DNA of 63,446 nt, filler included, from Thermoplasmatota archaeon (GTDB taxonomy: Archaea > Thermoplasmatota > E2 > JACPAO01 > JAHFTW01): NCBI GenBank assembly GCA_041623215.1. It is 5 parts of 5 records of this genome, joined end to end, with 100 filler letters (N's around TTAATTAATTAA, not from the genome) between each part and the next. Parts side by side here need not be neighbours in the genome. Positions count along the whole stretch, not along the records: positions 13,471 to 26,601 come from JBFJXH010000046.1; positions 26,702 to 39,341 come from JBFJXH010000047.1; 3 more parts are not named here. The stretch is one strand, 5' to 3'. Every line of letters begins with the position of its first letter. Position 1 is the stretch's first letter. Position numbers and translations under genes: made by a program. The notes beneath the pieces are model-generated. The model ran no database searches, was not told the DNA's origin, and saw only the letters and a program-made list of their open reading frames with translations. This document shows positions 19,426 to 29,700 of this stretch, one piece after another.

Positions 19426-19957
19426 CGGCCGACCACCGAGGCGGCATCACCCCAAGGCGGGGTGCCCCGACGCCGCCAAGGATCCAGGGCGCTCCGGCCT
19501 CGCCGCCGACGATCAGGCGGTCCAGGAGGTGGTTGGCTTCCTCCTTGCGTTTGGCATTACTTCGCTGCTGGTTGCCGGTTCGCTCTTGTCCATCGAAGGT
19601 GCCCATCAAAATGCACGCGAGCGGGCGCAGGCCAGCGAAGCGGACGCACTGGCACATCGAATAGCTCGCGAAATGCTGACCATGGCAGACCTAGGCTCGA
19701 ATTACCCCACCGGCACAGCGAGCAAGCTGCTACAACTGCCCAATCAGCTTGCCGGCGCATCCTATACGATTCATTTGGAGGCCGCACCGGACCAGGTGCG
19801 GGTCTCCCCCACCACCATCGATGAAGAAGGCGTCGGCCGACTTCTTGGCGTGTCGGCCAGCGTCCCGATTTGTCCAGGGCAGGTCCTGGGCGGAGACCTG
19901 ACCGTCGCCTACGGTGTTGGACCCGGACCGACCACGCCTTGCATCTACATCTCATGA
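19400..19957 (+). CDS. Pilin-like protein
   Basis: DDQA|VQEVVGFLLAFGITSLLVAG and LQLPNQLAGASYTIHL, typical of archaeal minor pilins. Start at ATG 19400. Confidence 0.75.
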   Translation: MSKLNLFSSGRPPRRHHPKAGCPDAAKDPGRSGLAADDQAVQEVVGFLLAFGITSLLVAGSLLSIEGAHQNARERAQASEADALAHRIAREMLTMADLGSNYPTGTASKLLQLPNQLAGASYTIHLEAAPDQVRVSPTTIDEEGVGRLLGVSASVPICPGQVLGGDLTVAYGVGPGPTTPCIYIS

Positions 19958-22278
19958 CTCCAAGCAACGACGACTCTGCACTCCCTGCGGCGCGCGACGA
20001 CCCCCGCAGCGACGACGACGCATCCGACGCCCGTGCCAACCACGCCAATGAAGGACGTGGCGTAACGGTGCCAGCCGACGCATCGCCAAGTGAAGCGGAG
20101 CCAGCCACGCATGAGAAAGGTGGCACCGAAGCAGCGCCGGCGGAAACGAGGCCGCCTCGACCCGTCAAGGGAGTCAAGGAGGCAACCGGTCACGATGCCG
20201 CGGCCAAGAAGGCAATGGCACACAAGGCCCTCAGTCGAGCGTCGCTGCTGCTGCCGGAGCGCGACGCAGAAGCTGACAAGCGACCGGCAGGGCTCGTCGT
20301 TGAGGAGGCCCGCCGGGCTCGTTTGCTGGTCGAGCGGCGCGCTCAGCGGGATGAGGATCTTGCTGCAGTGGGCAGAGACGACGAGGCGCGCCAGCAACTG
20401 GAAGCAGCCTGGGCCCAGGAGGACGCCCAAGCCGAGTCGTTGGAACTTGGTGAAGGCCTGAAGGAAGTGGAAGTCTACAGCATCCAGGAGCCGTTCAGCT
20501 ACGTCCAGATTCTCTTTGACCGCGCCCAAAACGAGATGCGTTACCGCGTCATCGAGCCAATGCTGAGCGCCGAAGAGCAACTGCTGCTGGAGTTCATCGA
20601 GAGCACCATTGTGGATGTCCTGGACGTAAGCCCCGCCGACCTTGAACAAGACAACTTGGAGGGCCATCTGGAGAGCCTCTTCGACGAAGTGGTGCACGAT
20701 TACAGCATCATGTTTACGCCGGAGCCTGCTGAAACGGCCGAGCTGGTCTTGGCCACGTTTGCGGATGGCCCAGAAGCCGATGACGAGTCCGCGAGCCAAC
20801 CAGGCCCCGACGCCTCCGAAACCTCCAGCCCCGCGGCGCCGACCGCGAAGGAGACCGGGGACGAAAATCTGTCGCGAAAGGCGCGGCGCCTCCAGGCCAA
20901 GGCGGCCAAGGAAGCCGAGCGCAGTCGAGCCAAGGCGGCCAAGAAGGAGAATGCCAAAGGGAAGCGCCGCAGCGCCAAGACCAAGGCTCAAGCCGGCAAG
21001 GCCATTCTGGCGCAAGCCACTGACGCAACGGATGTGGAGGTGCGGCGCGAACTCGTACGCCAAAGACTCCTGTACTATGTCAAGCGGGACTTTCTTGGGG
21101 AGGGCCCCATTGATGCCCTGATGAAGGACGACATGATTGAGGACGTTTCTTGCGACGGACCTCACCAACCCCTCTTCGTCTACCACCGCAAGCACGAGTC
21201 GATGCAAACGACCGTCCAGTTTCGGAATCACGCCCACCTTGACGGCTTCGTTATTCGCTTAGCGCAGCGAAGCGGCAAACATGTCAGCATCGCCGAGCCC
21301 ATCATTGATGCCACCATGACCGACGGTAGCCGGCTCCAGGCAACGTACGGGCGCGAGGTTTCCAGCTTCGGCTCGACGTTCACCATTCGTAAATTCCGCG
21401 AGACGCCACTGTCGCCCATTGATTTGGTTCGCTACGGTACCATGGATAGTCGTGTCCTGTCGTATGTGTGGATGGTCATTGAAAACCGCGCAAGCGGCAT
21501 GTTTGCGGGCGGCACGGCAAGTGGCAAGACCACGGCGCTCAACGCATGCACCCTGTTTATTCCACCTAGCATGAAGATTGTCAGCATCGAAGATACTCGC
21601 GAAATCCAGCTACCGCAGCCTAACTGGATTGCTGGCATTACCCGAGGTGGCTTTGGACCGCGTGACGCAGGGGGCCGTCAGGCCGGTGAAATCGACATGT
21701 TCCAACTTCTTCGGAATGCCCTGCGGCAACGCCCGGAGTACATCTTGGTTGGTGAGGTTCGTGGTGCCGAGGCGTACAACCTTTTCCAAGCCATGGCGAC
21801 GGGGCACGCCGCCTACGGTACCCTGCACGCCGATTCGGTTGATGCAGCGATACATCGGCTTGAGTCGGACCCCATCAATATTCCGCGGCCGCTTCTCGAG
21901 GCGCTTGACCTCATTTGCGTCCAGGTGCTGACGCGGGTGGGCGCCCTGCGGGTCCGGAGAACCAAGAGTGTGACGGAAATCGTGGGCCTCGACCCGAACA
22001 CCAAGGAGATTCTCACCAACGAGGTCTTCCGGTGGGACCCCGGCGAGGATTCCTTCGTGTTCACCGGGACATCCTACAACTTGCAACGCATCGCCCTAGA
22101 AACGGGCACAGATACCGAATCCGTGATGCAAGAATGGGAACGCCGAACCGAGATTATCAATTATCTTCTGCGCCACAAGATGCATGGATACGCGGACGTC
22201 GCGAAGGTCGTCCAGGCATACTACAAGAGGCCGGATGCAACGTTTGCCCTCATCGAGGAGGACCGGCCGTGGGCCTAA
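19954..22278 (+). CDS. Type II/IV secretion ATPase (PilB/ArlI/TadA family)
   Basis: IEDVSCDG, FTIRKF, GGTASGKTT, SIEDTRE, LRQRPEYILVGEVRG, ATGHAAYGTLHA. Confidence 0.95.
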   Translation: MTPSNDDSALPAARDDPRSDDDASDARANHANEGRGVTVPADASPSEAEPATHEKGGTEAAPAETRPPRPVKGVKEATGHDAAAKKAMAHKALSRASLLLPERDAEADKRPAGLVVEEARRARLLVERRAQRDEDLAAVGRDDEARQQLEAAWAQEDAQAESLELGEGLKEVEVYSIQEPFSYVQILFDRAQNEMRYRVIEPMLSAEEQLLLEFIESTIVDVLDVSPADLEQDNLEGHLESLFDEVVHDYSIMFTPEPAETAELVLATFADGPEADDESASQPGPDASETSSPAAPTAKETGDENLSRKARRLQAKAAKEAERSRAKAAKKENAKGKRRSAKTKAQAGKAILAQATDATDVEVRRELVRQRLLYYVKRDFLGEGPIDALMKDDMIEDVSCDGPHQPLFVYHRKHESMQTTVQFRNHAHLDGFVIRLAQRSGKHVSIAEPIIDATMTDGSRLQATYGREVSSFGSTFTIRKFRETPLSPIDLVRYGTMDSRVLSYVWMVIENRASGMFAGGTASGKTTALNACTLFIPPSMKIVSIEDTREIQLPQPNWIAGITRGGFGPRDAGGRQAGEIDMFQLLRNALRQRPEYILVGEVRGAEAYNLFQAMATGHAAYGTLHADSVDAAIHRLESDPINIPRPLLEALDLICVQVLTRVGALRVRRTKSVTEIVGLDPNTKEILTNEVFRWDPGEDSFVFTGTSYNLQRIALETGTDTESVMQEWERRTEIINYLLRHKMHGYADVAKVVQAYYKRPDATFALIEEDRPWA

Positions 22279-23138
22279 CCGGCGTGCAGCGCATGAGCCA
22301 CCGATTCCTCGGGGAGCGTGCAAGACACCAGCGTAGTTTGGCCGACCTTGCCCACGACCTGCGGCGGGCGCGCATCCCCATGCGTGCCGAAGCGTACCTC
22401 GCCTCCACTTGGACCAAAAGTGCTCTTGGAGCGGGATTTGGCCTGTTACTTGGCCTTGGCGTGGCGGCTGCCTTGCAGGTAAGGACCGGACCCATGCCCG
22501 TTCTCTACGCGGTTGCACCCCTTGTGGCCGCGATGTCGTGGCTGCTCACCTACCTGCTGGTGCAATCCGCCCCCAAGACGTTGGCCAAGAAGCGGGCGCG
22601 GGACATTGACCGACGCCTTCCATATGCCGTTCACTACATGGCCACGATGACCAGCGCCGGCGTTGTGCCACAGGATGTCTTTGGCTCGCTGGCACGTCAG
22701 GACATCTATGGTGAAGTGGCCAAGGAAGCCGCCACGCTCCACGCCGACATGGCCCTGCATGGCAAGGATGTCTTGCAGGCCTTACACCGGGCCGTTGAGC
22801 GTAGCCCAAGCATCCGGTTTCGTGATTTGCTCCAGGGCATCATTTCCACGGTGACAAGCGGGGGCGACTTGACTCGCTATTTGCGGCAGAAAGCGGATCG
22901 GTTCCAGTTTGAGCACCGAGTGGACCAACGCAGCCTGATTGAAACCATGGGCATCATGGCCGAGGCGTATGTGACCGTGGCCGTGGCCGGGCCTCTGTTC
23001 TTGCTCGTCATCATGGTCATCATGGTGCTGATGGGTAGCGGGCAAGTGTTTCAATTGGCCCTCGTCATCTATTTTCTGCTGCCGGTGCTGAGCGGTGGCT
23101 TCGCGTTCCTGCTAAAGTCAATGGTTCCGGAGGCGTGA
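22269..23138 (+). CDS. Pilus platform protein (TadC/PilC, T2SSF domain) 1
   Basis: RARDIDRRLPYAVHYMATMTSAG, YGEVAKEA, SPSIRFRDLLQG, AEAYVTVAVAGPLF. Confidence 0.9.
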   Translation: MGLTGVQRMSHRFLGERARHQRSLADLAHDLRRARIPMRAEAYLASTWTKSALGAGFGLLLGLGVAAALQVRTGPMPVLYAVAPLVAAMSWLLTYLLVQSAPKTLAKKRARDIDRRLPYAVHYMATMTSAGVVPQDVFGSLARQDIYGEVAKEAATLHADMALHGKDVLQALHRAVERSPSIRFRDLLQGIISTVTSGGDLTRYLRQKADRFQFEHRVDQRSLIETMGIMAEAYVTVAVAGPLFLLVIMVIMVLMGSGQVFQLALVIYFLLPVLSGGFAFLLKSMVPEA

Positions 23139-23139
23139 C

Positions 23140-24999
23140 GTGCAGGCGCTTCGCTTCGTTGTCCACGGCGCCGTCGCGGCGGGCCTCGTTGCGGCGCTTG
23201 CCGTCATGGGCGGCTCGCTTGGCTATGGTCTTACCAGCGTGCCGGCTCAAACCCAGGCCCTGGCGGCCACCGTCCTGCTGCTTGCCGTAGCCAACGGCAT
23301 CTTCCTGCGGGTTGATTGGCGCGCGTTGCAAGGTCATGCCACAACCAAGGCATTGGCCCGCGGCGGCATGATGGGGTGGATTGGCACGGTGAGCGTGCTG
23401 CTCCTGGTGCTGGCGGTTCTTCTCGTCGTCGTGGAGTTACTGGCATTGCTGGTATTCGTGGGCGCCTGGATGCCCCAGGGTCAGGCGGGCGCAACGTTTG
23501 CCGAACGCTTTCCCCTCATCCTTGCCGCAGTCCTGCTATCGAACTCCCTGCTCTTGGTGCTACGGCAACAGGTCCCCCCGGATGCGGAAGACCGCGCTGA
23601 AGGCCGCCGGGCGCTGGCGGTTGTCGTCTTGTCATCACTGGGCGCGGTGGCGGTCCTGGCCGGGGTCGCTTGGAGCACTGGAACACCACAGCAGGCGGGG
23701 TTGCTGGCGGCCATTGCCCCTCGACAAGCGGTTTACATCGTCAGCTTAGGGGCAGTCCTCGAGTTCCTCTCTGTGCGCCTGCGCCTGCGCTTACCAAGCG
23801 TCACCGGTATGGTTCGCACCGCCATCGGCGAAGTGCGACGAGGCGATGAGCAAATGCGTACGGAAACCCGCCAGGCGGCGATGCGGGCCTACGCGGGTGG
23901 CTTAATCTTCGTCGCCCTCAGCATGGCTGCAGCCGGCGCGCTCATCAGCGGGCGCCTCGGCGGCTCAGCAGGCACCACCACACTGCTGCCCATCATTATC
24001 CTCTACGGCGTGGCCGCAGCTGGCATGTTAGCCTGGATCCTGATTCGTACGTTGCAGGCGCAGGCGCTTGGCGATCGGGACCGCGACGAGGAAGACCCAC
24101 TGCAGGGACTTGTTGGCAAGAAGCCGGCGAGCCCCCAGGAAGTGGCCCGTCTCGCGGTGTACGGCATTACGGCCTTCGGCGCGTTGGTATGTGCAATCCT
24201 TGCAGCGCTAAGTTTCCTCGAGCGAATGCCGTGGTCGTCAACGTATGGCACCGATTGGACCATCGGTGCGCTCCTGCTTGGCGCTGGCCCCTACGGCTGG
24301 TTCTTCCTGCAGGATGCCCGGAGGGCAAGTAGTTTAGACGAACGTTTCCCGGAATTTCTGCGCGACATCGCTGAGTCAGCACGAGCCGGCATGACGCTGC
24401 CGCGCGCCCTGGTGACGGCGGCGGGCGGCGACTACGGCGAATTGAACCCTGACATTCAACGCATGGCCTCGCAAGTGGAATGGGGCGTGCCTTTTTCCGA
24501 AGCTATGGAAGGCTTCCGTCAACGCACCAAGACGCCACTCATCAACCGGACAGTAGCCTTGGTTTTGCAAGCTGAGAGGAGCGGCGGCAACGTCGTTGAC
24601 AGCCTGACGACCGCCAGCGAGGACGCCAGAGCGATTCAGGCGATTACAGAGGAACGCAATGCCCAGATGGGGTTGTACAACATGGTCGTCTACATCGCCT
24701 TCTTCGTGTTCCTTGGCGTTGTCATGGTCCTTCTTGCACAGTTTCTGCCCGCCTTTGCGGAAGCGGTGGCCGGAACGGAGGGCGCCCAAGTGTCGGGCGG
24801 CTTCCAATTGAAGGCCTTCGATCAGGACCTGCTGATTCAGCTGTTCTTCCACGCAGCCATCATCCAAGCAATTGGTGGTGGCATCGTGGGCGGCGTTTTG
24901 TCACGTGGCGAACCTCGCCTCGGCATCCCGCACGCCGCCGTCATGATGGTTGCAGGCTGGATTGCTTTCCGCGTGTTGTGGGAGGTGATTCTCGCCTGA
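23140..24999 (+). CDS. Pilus platform protein (TadC/PilC) 2 with long multi-TM N-terminal extension
   Basis: C-terminal LDERFPEFLRDIAESARAGMTL..YGEL..VEWGVPF..ERSGG, preceded by about 400 aa of multi-TM sequence. Confidence 0.88.
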   Translation: MQALRFVVHGAVAAGLVAALAVMGGSLGYGLTSVPAQTQALAATVLLLAVANGIFLRVDWRALQGHATTKALARGGMMGWIGTVSVLLLVLAVLLVVVELLALLVFVGAWMPQGQAGATFAERFPLILAAVLLSNSLLLVLRQQVPPDAEDRAEGRRALAVVVLSSLGAVAVLAGVAWSTGTPQQAGLLAAIAPRQAVYIVSLGAVLEFLSVRLRLRLPSVTGMVRTAIGEVRRGDEQMRTETRQAAMRAYAGGLIFVALSMAAAGALISGRLGGSAGTTTLLPIIILYGVAAAGMLAWILIRTLQAQALGDRDRDEEDPLQGLVGKKPASPQEVARLAVYGITAFGALVCAILAALSFLERMPWSSTYGTDWTIGALLLGAGPYGWFFLQDARRASSLDERFPEFLRDIAESARAGMTLPRALVTAAGGDYGELNPDIQRMASQVEWGVPFSEAMEGFRQRTKTPLINRTVALVLQAERSGGNVVDSLTTASEDARAIQAITEERNAQMGLYNMVVYIAFFVFLGVVMVLLAQFLPAFAEAVAGTEGAQVSGGFQLKAFDQDLLIQLFFHAAIIQAIGGGIVGGVLSRGEPRLGIPHAAVMMVAGWIAFRVLWEVILA

Positions 25000-25730
25000 G
25001 CTCTGACTGGCCCGCACGCGGACCCGGTCCGCCCAGCGACGATGAAGCGGGCTTCATGTCTGTGCTGGAGGCCGTCTTGGCCGCGCTTCTGGTGACCACC
25101 GGCTTGGCGATTCTGCTCGTGACCAGCCACGCGCCGCCGCCCGACGCAGGCGTCAGCACCGACTTGTCACACTTCGCCAATGATATTCTCATTTCCCTTG
25201 CCAATCGGCCCAGCGAGGACCCGGCCCATCCCGACTGGCTGACCCAGCAAGTGAACAGTTCCCTCGACGGAACCGCACCCGCCTTGGAGGCCTTTCTCAA
25301 TGAAGCGGTGCCACCCGGGGCGCGTTATCAACTACGAATCAGCAACGGCGTCGAGCCCCTTCGCCTGCTGCCAGGTGGCGCTGGAGCCAAACCGCCCTTA
25401 GCGGGCCAGGCCGCCACGGTGCTCGTAACGCCAGCTTGGAATGCACACAGCGGCCCGGCCACGGCGGAGCTGTTGCCCGGCGAAGACTACGACACCACCC
25501 TCATTCTGTGCGTAAGCAGTCCGGCGGGCACAACGGCACGCCCCGACGGCGACGACTGGCTGACCCATTGGACCAGCGGGGCACCGCGCGATGCGCCCTT
25601 CGGGTTGTGGGCACTCTACACGCTGCCCACCTGCACAGGGCCAGCAACCATCGTCCAAGTGGTTCCGCGCGCCGGCGACACGGACGCCATCCCGTATGCC
25701 CTTCAACTGGTGGTGTGGCAAGGTGCCTGA
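24978..25730 (+). CDS. Pilin-like protein
   Basis: DDEAG|FMSVLEAVLAALLVTTGLAILLV class III-like signal and C-terminal YALQLVVW. Start uncertain. Confidence 0.75.
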   Translation: MGGDSRLSSDWPARGPGPPSDDEAGFMSVLEAVLAALLVTTGLAILLVTSHAPPPDAGVSTDLSHFANDILISLANRPSEDPAHPDWLTQQVNSSLDGTAPALEAFLNEAVPPGARYQLRISNGVEPLRLLPGGAGAKPPLAGQAATVLVTPAWNAHSGPATAELLPGEDYDTTLILCVSSPAGTTARPDGDDWLTHWTSGAPRDAPFGLWALYTLPTCTGPATIVQVVPRAGDTDAIPYALQLVVWQGA

Positions 25731-26169
25731 CCAAATCCGGTCGCGAGGCGACGAGGGGGGCCAAATGGTGCTGCTCGCTGCCGTGGTTCTCCTGTTGGGA
25801 TTTGCCGCACTCACCGTGCTGGATGTGCGCCTGAGCCGAGTCCCGGGCGATCTCGACCCGAGTCGCCGCGCCGAATTCGACCCGCGCGGCCTGGAGGCAG
25901 GGTTGTCCAACCTGGCATGGCGCCTCAACGCAACCCACAATGTGACCACGGCGCCATTCGACGCCGCCATGGACGACGCGCTCGAGCAGGTCGAAGACTT
26001 GTCCCGGCAACAAGGAAAACCGATGCGCGTGACTTGGTCCAAGACGTGTGTTCAGGTGGGTGCCGACCAAGACCAAGTGGTGTCATACAGTGTTACTTGG
26101 ACCGACGGGGAGACGCTCTTATCGGTCCCACTTAGCACCACCATCCGCATTCCCCAAACACCCTGCTAG
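25723..26169 (+). CDS. Pilin-like protein
   Basis: RGDEGG|QMVLLAAVVLLLGFAAL (G|Q-type prepilin motif). The GTG start overlaps the previous gene. Confidence 0.72.
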   Translation: MPDQIRSRGDEGGQMVLLAAVVLLLGFAALTVLDVRLSRVPGDLDPSRRAEFDPRGLEAGLSNLAWRLNATHNVTTAPFDAAMDDALEQVEDLSRQQGKPMRVTWSKTCVQVGADQDQVVSYSVTWTDGETLLSVPLSTTIRIPQTPC

Positions 26170-26276
26170 GCCAAGGGACCTCGGGGCAACGGGGCCTCGG
26201 CAACAAGTCCCAAAGCCAATAAGGCCCGGCCGACCCGCGGGCAAGCTCCATGTGCAAGGAGAACCAAGTTTTCCCG

Positions 26277-26601
26277 ATGGCGTTCCGGGCTCACGATGTA
26301 GCGAGCGGCCAAGTGGTCGCGTTCATCGTCAGCGCAGCCATGTTAACCGGAATCGTCGGGGGCGTCCTGTACGTTAGTCAACAGACGGGCAAGGATGACG
26401 GCGACGTGGCCTCAGCGAACACGGGGTTAGACGCCGAGGGCATTGCCGAAGCGCTTGTGGCTAGCCCGGGCGTTGGTTGGGACGTCGGCGCCGACTCTGT
26501 GACTCGTTTTGGACTACGCAATGCTAGCACGGACGGTTTGGAAGTCGCGCACCTGGACCGCCTGCGCGGTGCCGGCCTGGCGGCATCAACCAACGGCCTG
26601 C
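26277..26601 (+). CDS. Pilin-like protein, N-terminal fragment (contig edge)
   Basis: DVASG|QVVAFIVSAAMLTGIVGGVLYV, then LVASPGVGW..FGL. Confidence 0.65.
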
Positions 26602-26701
26602 NNNNNNNNNNNNNNNNNNNNNNNNNNNNNNNNNNNNNNNNNNNNTTAATTAATTAANNNNNNNNNNNNNNNNNNNNNNNNNNNNNNNNNNNNNNNNNNN
26701 N
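26602..26701. other. Artificial contig linker
   Basis: N-TTAATTAATTAA-N. Confidence 0.98.
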
Positions 26702-29700
26702 GGCGCCAAATCAAATCCGTCCAAGACGCCGTCGTCATCGGTATCGGGGTCAATTGGATTGAGGTCGCCGACGTTGAACCGGCCCCAGGGGCTGCGGTCT
26801 TCGGCACCGTCGGGAAGGCCGTCATTGTCGCTGTCTGTGTCGACCATGGCCATGGCCCCGTCATGGTCTGGATCCAATGTGAATTTATCGACGCCAAAAC
26901 CTTCCAATCCGTCGGGAACCCCGTCATTGTCTGAGTCCCCGTCGTCAAAGTTGAAGCGGCCGTCACCATCTGTATCCACATTCCAGTCCACTTCGGCGGC
27001 GTCCGGGACGCCGTCGCGGTCGCAATCTGCAAAGACGGTGCAGCGTGGCGTGCCCAGCACGGCAAACTCCAGTTGGTCGTCTAGACCATCGCCGTCACTG
27101 TCTGGCCGCGTCGGATCGCTTTCGAGTCCTGACGGATCAACGGCGCCATCTGCATTGGTGTCTTCCCCCGGAGCAAACGCCGATATCGTTGGCCCGTCAT
27201 TGAGGCCATCCCCATCGGAGTCTCTGACATGCGGATCGGTCGTGGAAGCCGGGTGGACATCGCGCTGCTGGCACGTTGCGGAGGTCCCCGCCTGAGGAGG
27301 GACCGCTTGTCGTGTGACGCCTAGTTCCAGCCCGTCGCCTAGGCCGTCACCGTCATAGTCGCAGTCTGTGGGGTCCAATCCAAGCTGAACTTCGCGGCCA
27401 TCCAGCAATCCGTCGCCATCCGAATCCGGGTTGATGGGGCTCGTGGGACCAAATCCAGAATAGGCGGTTTGGGCTTGGGGGGTTGAGGCGGTGGTCGTAG
27501 AAATTAGCGATGGTCCTTCAGGCTGCGATTCGGTGCCAGGGAACCGTAATTCAATTCCATATGGACCAATGAGGAATACGCCATCGCTACTACGCGCATA
27601 ACTGGTGCCGTGAGCATCGCGGTAGAGCGTCCCTGGTTGCAGCTGGTCGCGCAGGCTGCGAGATTCCAGAACCTCGGAAAAGGCGGCACCCGGATACGGA
27701 ATGTTCCACGCCATGGTGCTCGTAGCGCTCGATTGCTGCATTTGGCCGCAACCGACCTCCACGGCGTGCTGCCATTCTTCGAGATCGCTGAGGCCATCGA
27801 AATCTGTGTCTTCACGGGCGGGGTTCGTGGCCTCGAACGCTTCTCCTGCTCCAGTCATGCCGACTTCTTCGCCATCGAGGAGACCATCTCCATCCACGTC
27901 GGCCACCGTCAGGCGACTGGTGCCGTCACGTTGCTGCCATCGTTGGCCCCAGTAAGCGGCTTCAGGGCCGTCACGCATTCCGTCACAGTCAGTGTCTGGA
28001 TTATCAAAGTCGGTCCCGTATTCCCACTCCCTGCCATTCGTGAGACCATCCCCGTCATAGTCCCCGTTCGAGTCTGCCAAGGCAACTTCTTGGAAGTCAC
28101 TTGTGCCGTCGTCATCGGTGTCCCACTTGTTCGGGTCATATTGTCCGCGGTGCCTGACCAATTCGTCCCAGTCACTCAACCGGTCGCCATCGGAATCTGC
28201 GAGGTCTGGCCGTGTGGCAGTCGTACGGAACTCCTCGCGGTCGCTGAGGCCGTCGTTGTCTGAATCGGCGTCAAGGAGCCCTGATCCGAATGTGTCCCCG
28301 TCGTGGTTGAGCGTCCAATTGGCCGACGCCCCATAGCGGGATGCAAGATCTTGCCACGCTTCCATTTCGTCGCCATCCTGCATGCCGTCCCCGTCCGAGT
28401 CAGCAATTGTAGGGCTGGTGCCAAGAAGATGGAATTCGTGGCCATCCAGCAAACGGTCGCCATCTGAGTCACCAACCGTAGGCATGGATCCGGCCTCGAA
28501 TTCCTTGGCGTTGCTTAGGCCATCGTCGTCTGCATCAAGATCTCCATCGCTGGCATTTGTAGGGTCGAAGAAGTAGTCAATTTCCCAGCCATCCGGCATG
28601 CCATCGAAGTCGGAGTCCGCTCGGTCCGGTCGCGTGCTGGCACGGAACTCTGCGCCGTTAGCAAGGCCATCATTGTCGAGATCTAACGAGTCATCCACCA
28701 AGTTTGGTTGGGTTCCATAGGCCACCTCCCATGCATCGGGCAGGCTGTCGCCGTCGGAATCAGAGTTGAGCGGATTCGTGTAGGTTTGCTGCACCTCACG
28801 TCCGTCCGTGAGCCCGTCCCCATCGGAGTCTGGATTCAAGGGGTCGGTGCCGTAGTCATTGAATTCGGCACCGTCATCCAATTTGTCGTTGTCGCTGTCG
28901 CGTTGCAGCGGATCCGTTCCCAGATGATGGGCTTCGTCGCCGTCGCTAATGCCGTCGCCATCTGAGTCGCCTGCGGCAAAGTCAGTACGCCAGTGGTGAG
29001 CTTCGTCGCCGTCGGTCAGCCCATCTCCATCCGAGTCGGCGTCCCTTGGGGCGGGGAGGCCGTCTTGGTCAATGTCCGAAGACTCGGTCGAGCCAACGTG
29101 TTCCCAATAGAGTGCCTCGACCATGTCTGTGAGGCCATCTTGGTCGCTATCCCCCTCGTAAGGAATGGTTCCGAAGTCGCGTTCACCGGGGCGGCCGCCT
29201 TCGTTGGGGTCGAACCATGAACAGGCTGGTGCACCGCCCCCATCGCAAAGGCCGTCGCCATCGGTATCTGCCACGTACGGCAACGTCCGGGCCGATGCCT
29301 CTTGCGTCCAATTCAACCCATCGTAGTCAACGTCCAGGTTGACCGAGGATGCGTCGAGAGGCGACGTAGGATCTGAACCGGCGTAGACCTCATAGCCATC
29401 ATCGAGGCCATCCAAATCGCTGTCTCGGACGCTAGGATTTGTACCGCCATGCCACGGACCATCTGTGGTTTCATTCCAGGACAACGGGCGCGCGTACTGG
29501 TATTCTGCTAAGTTAGTAAACCGGACCTCAGGATGTCCATCAAGGTCCTGGTCAAAGGAGTCGAGATCGGCGTCCTCGCCAGCATCTGCCTCATCGGTAG
29601 GCGCGAGTCCGTGCGTAACCTCGAATGAGTCCGGCATGCCATCACGGTCAGAATCCCAATGCAGCGGGTCGGTGCCGTGCGAGTGGACTTCCTCACCGTC

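Noticed and set aside
17714..26601. Archaellum (arl/fla) operon
   Set aside because: No archaellin, ArlF/G or single ArlJ is visible. Two TadC genes and several diverse pilins indicate a pilus.
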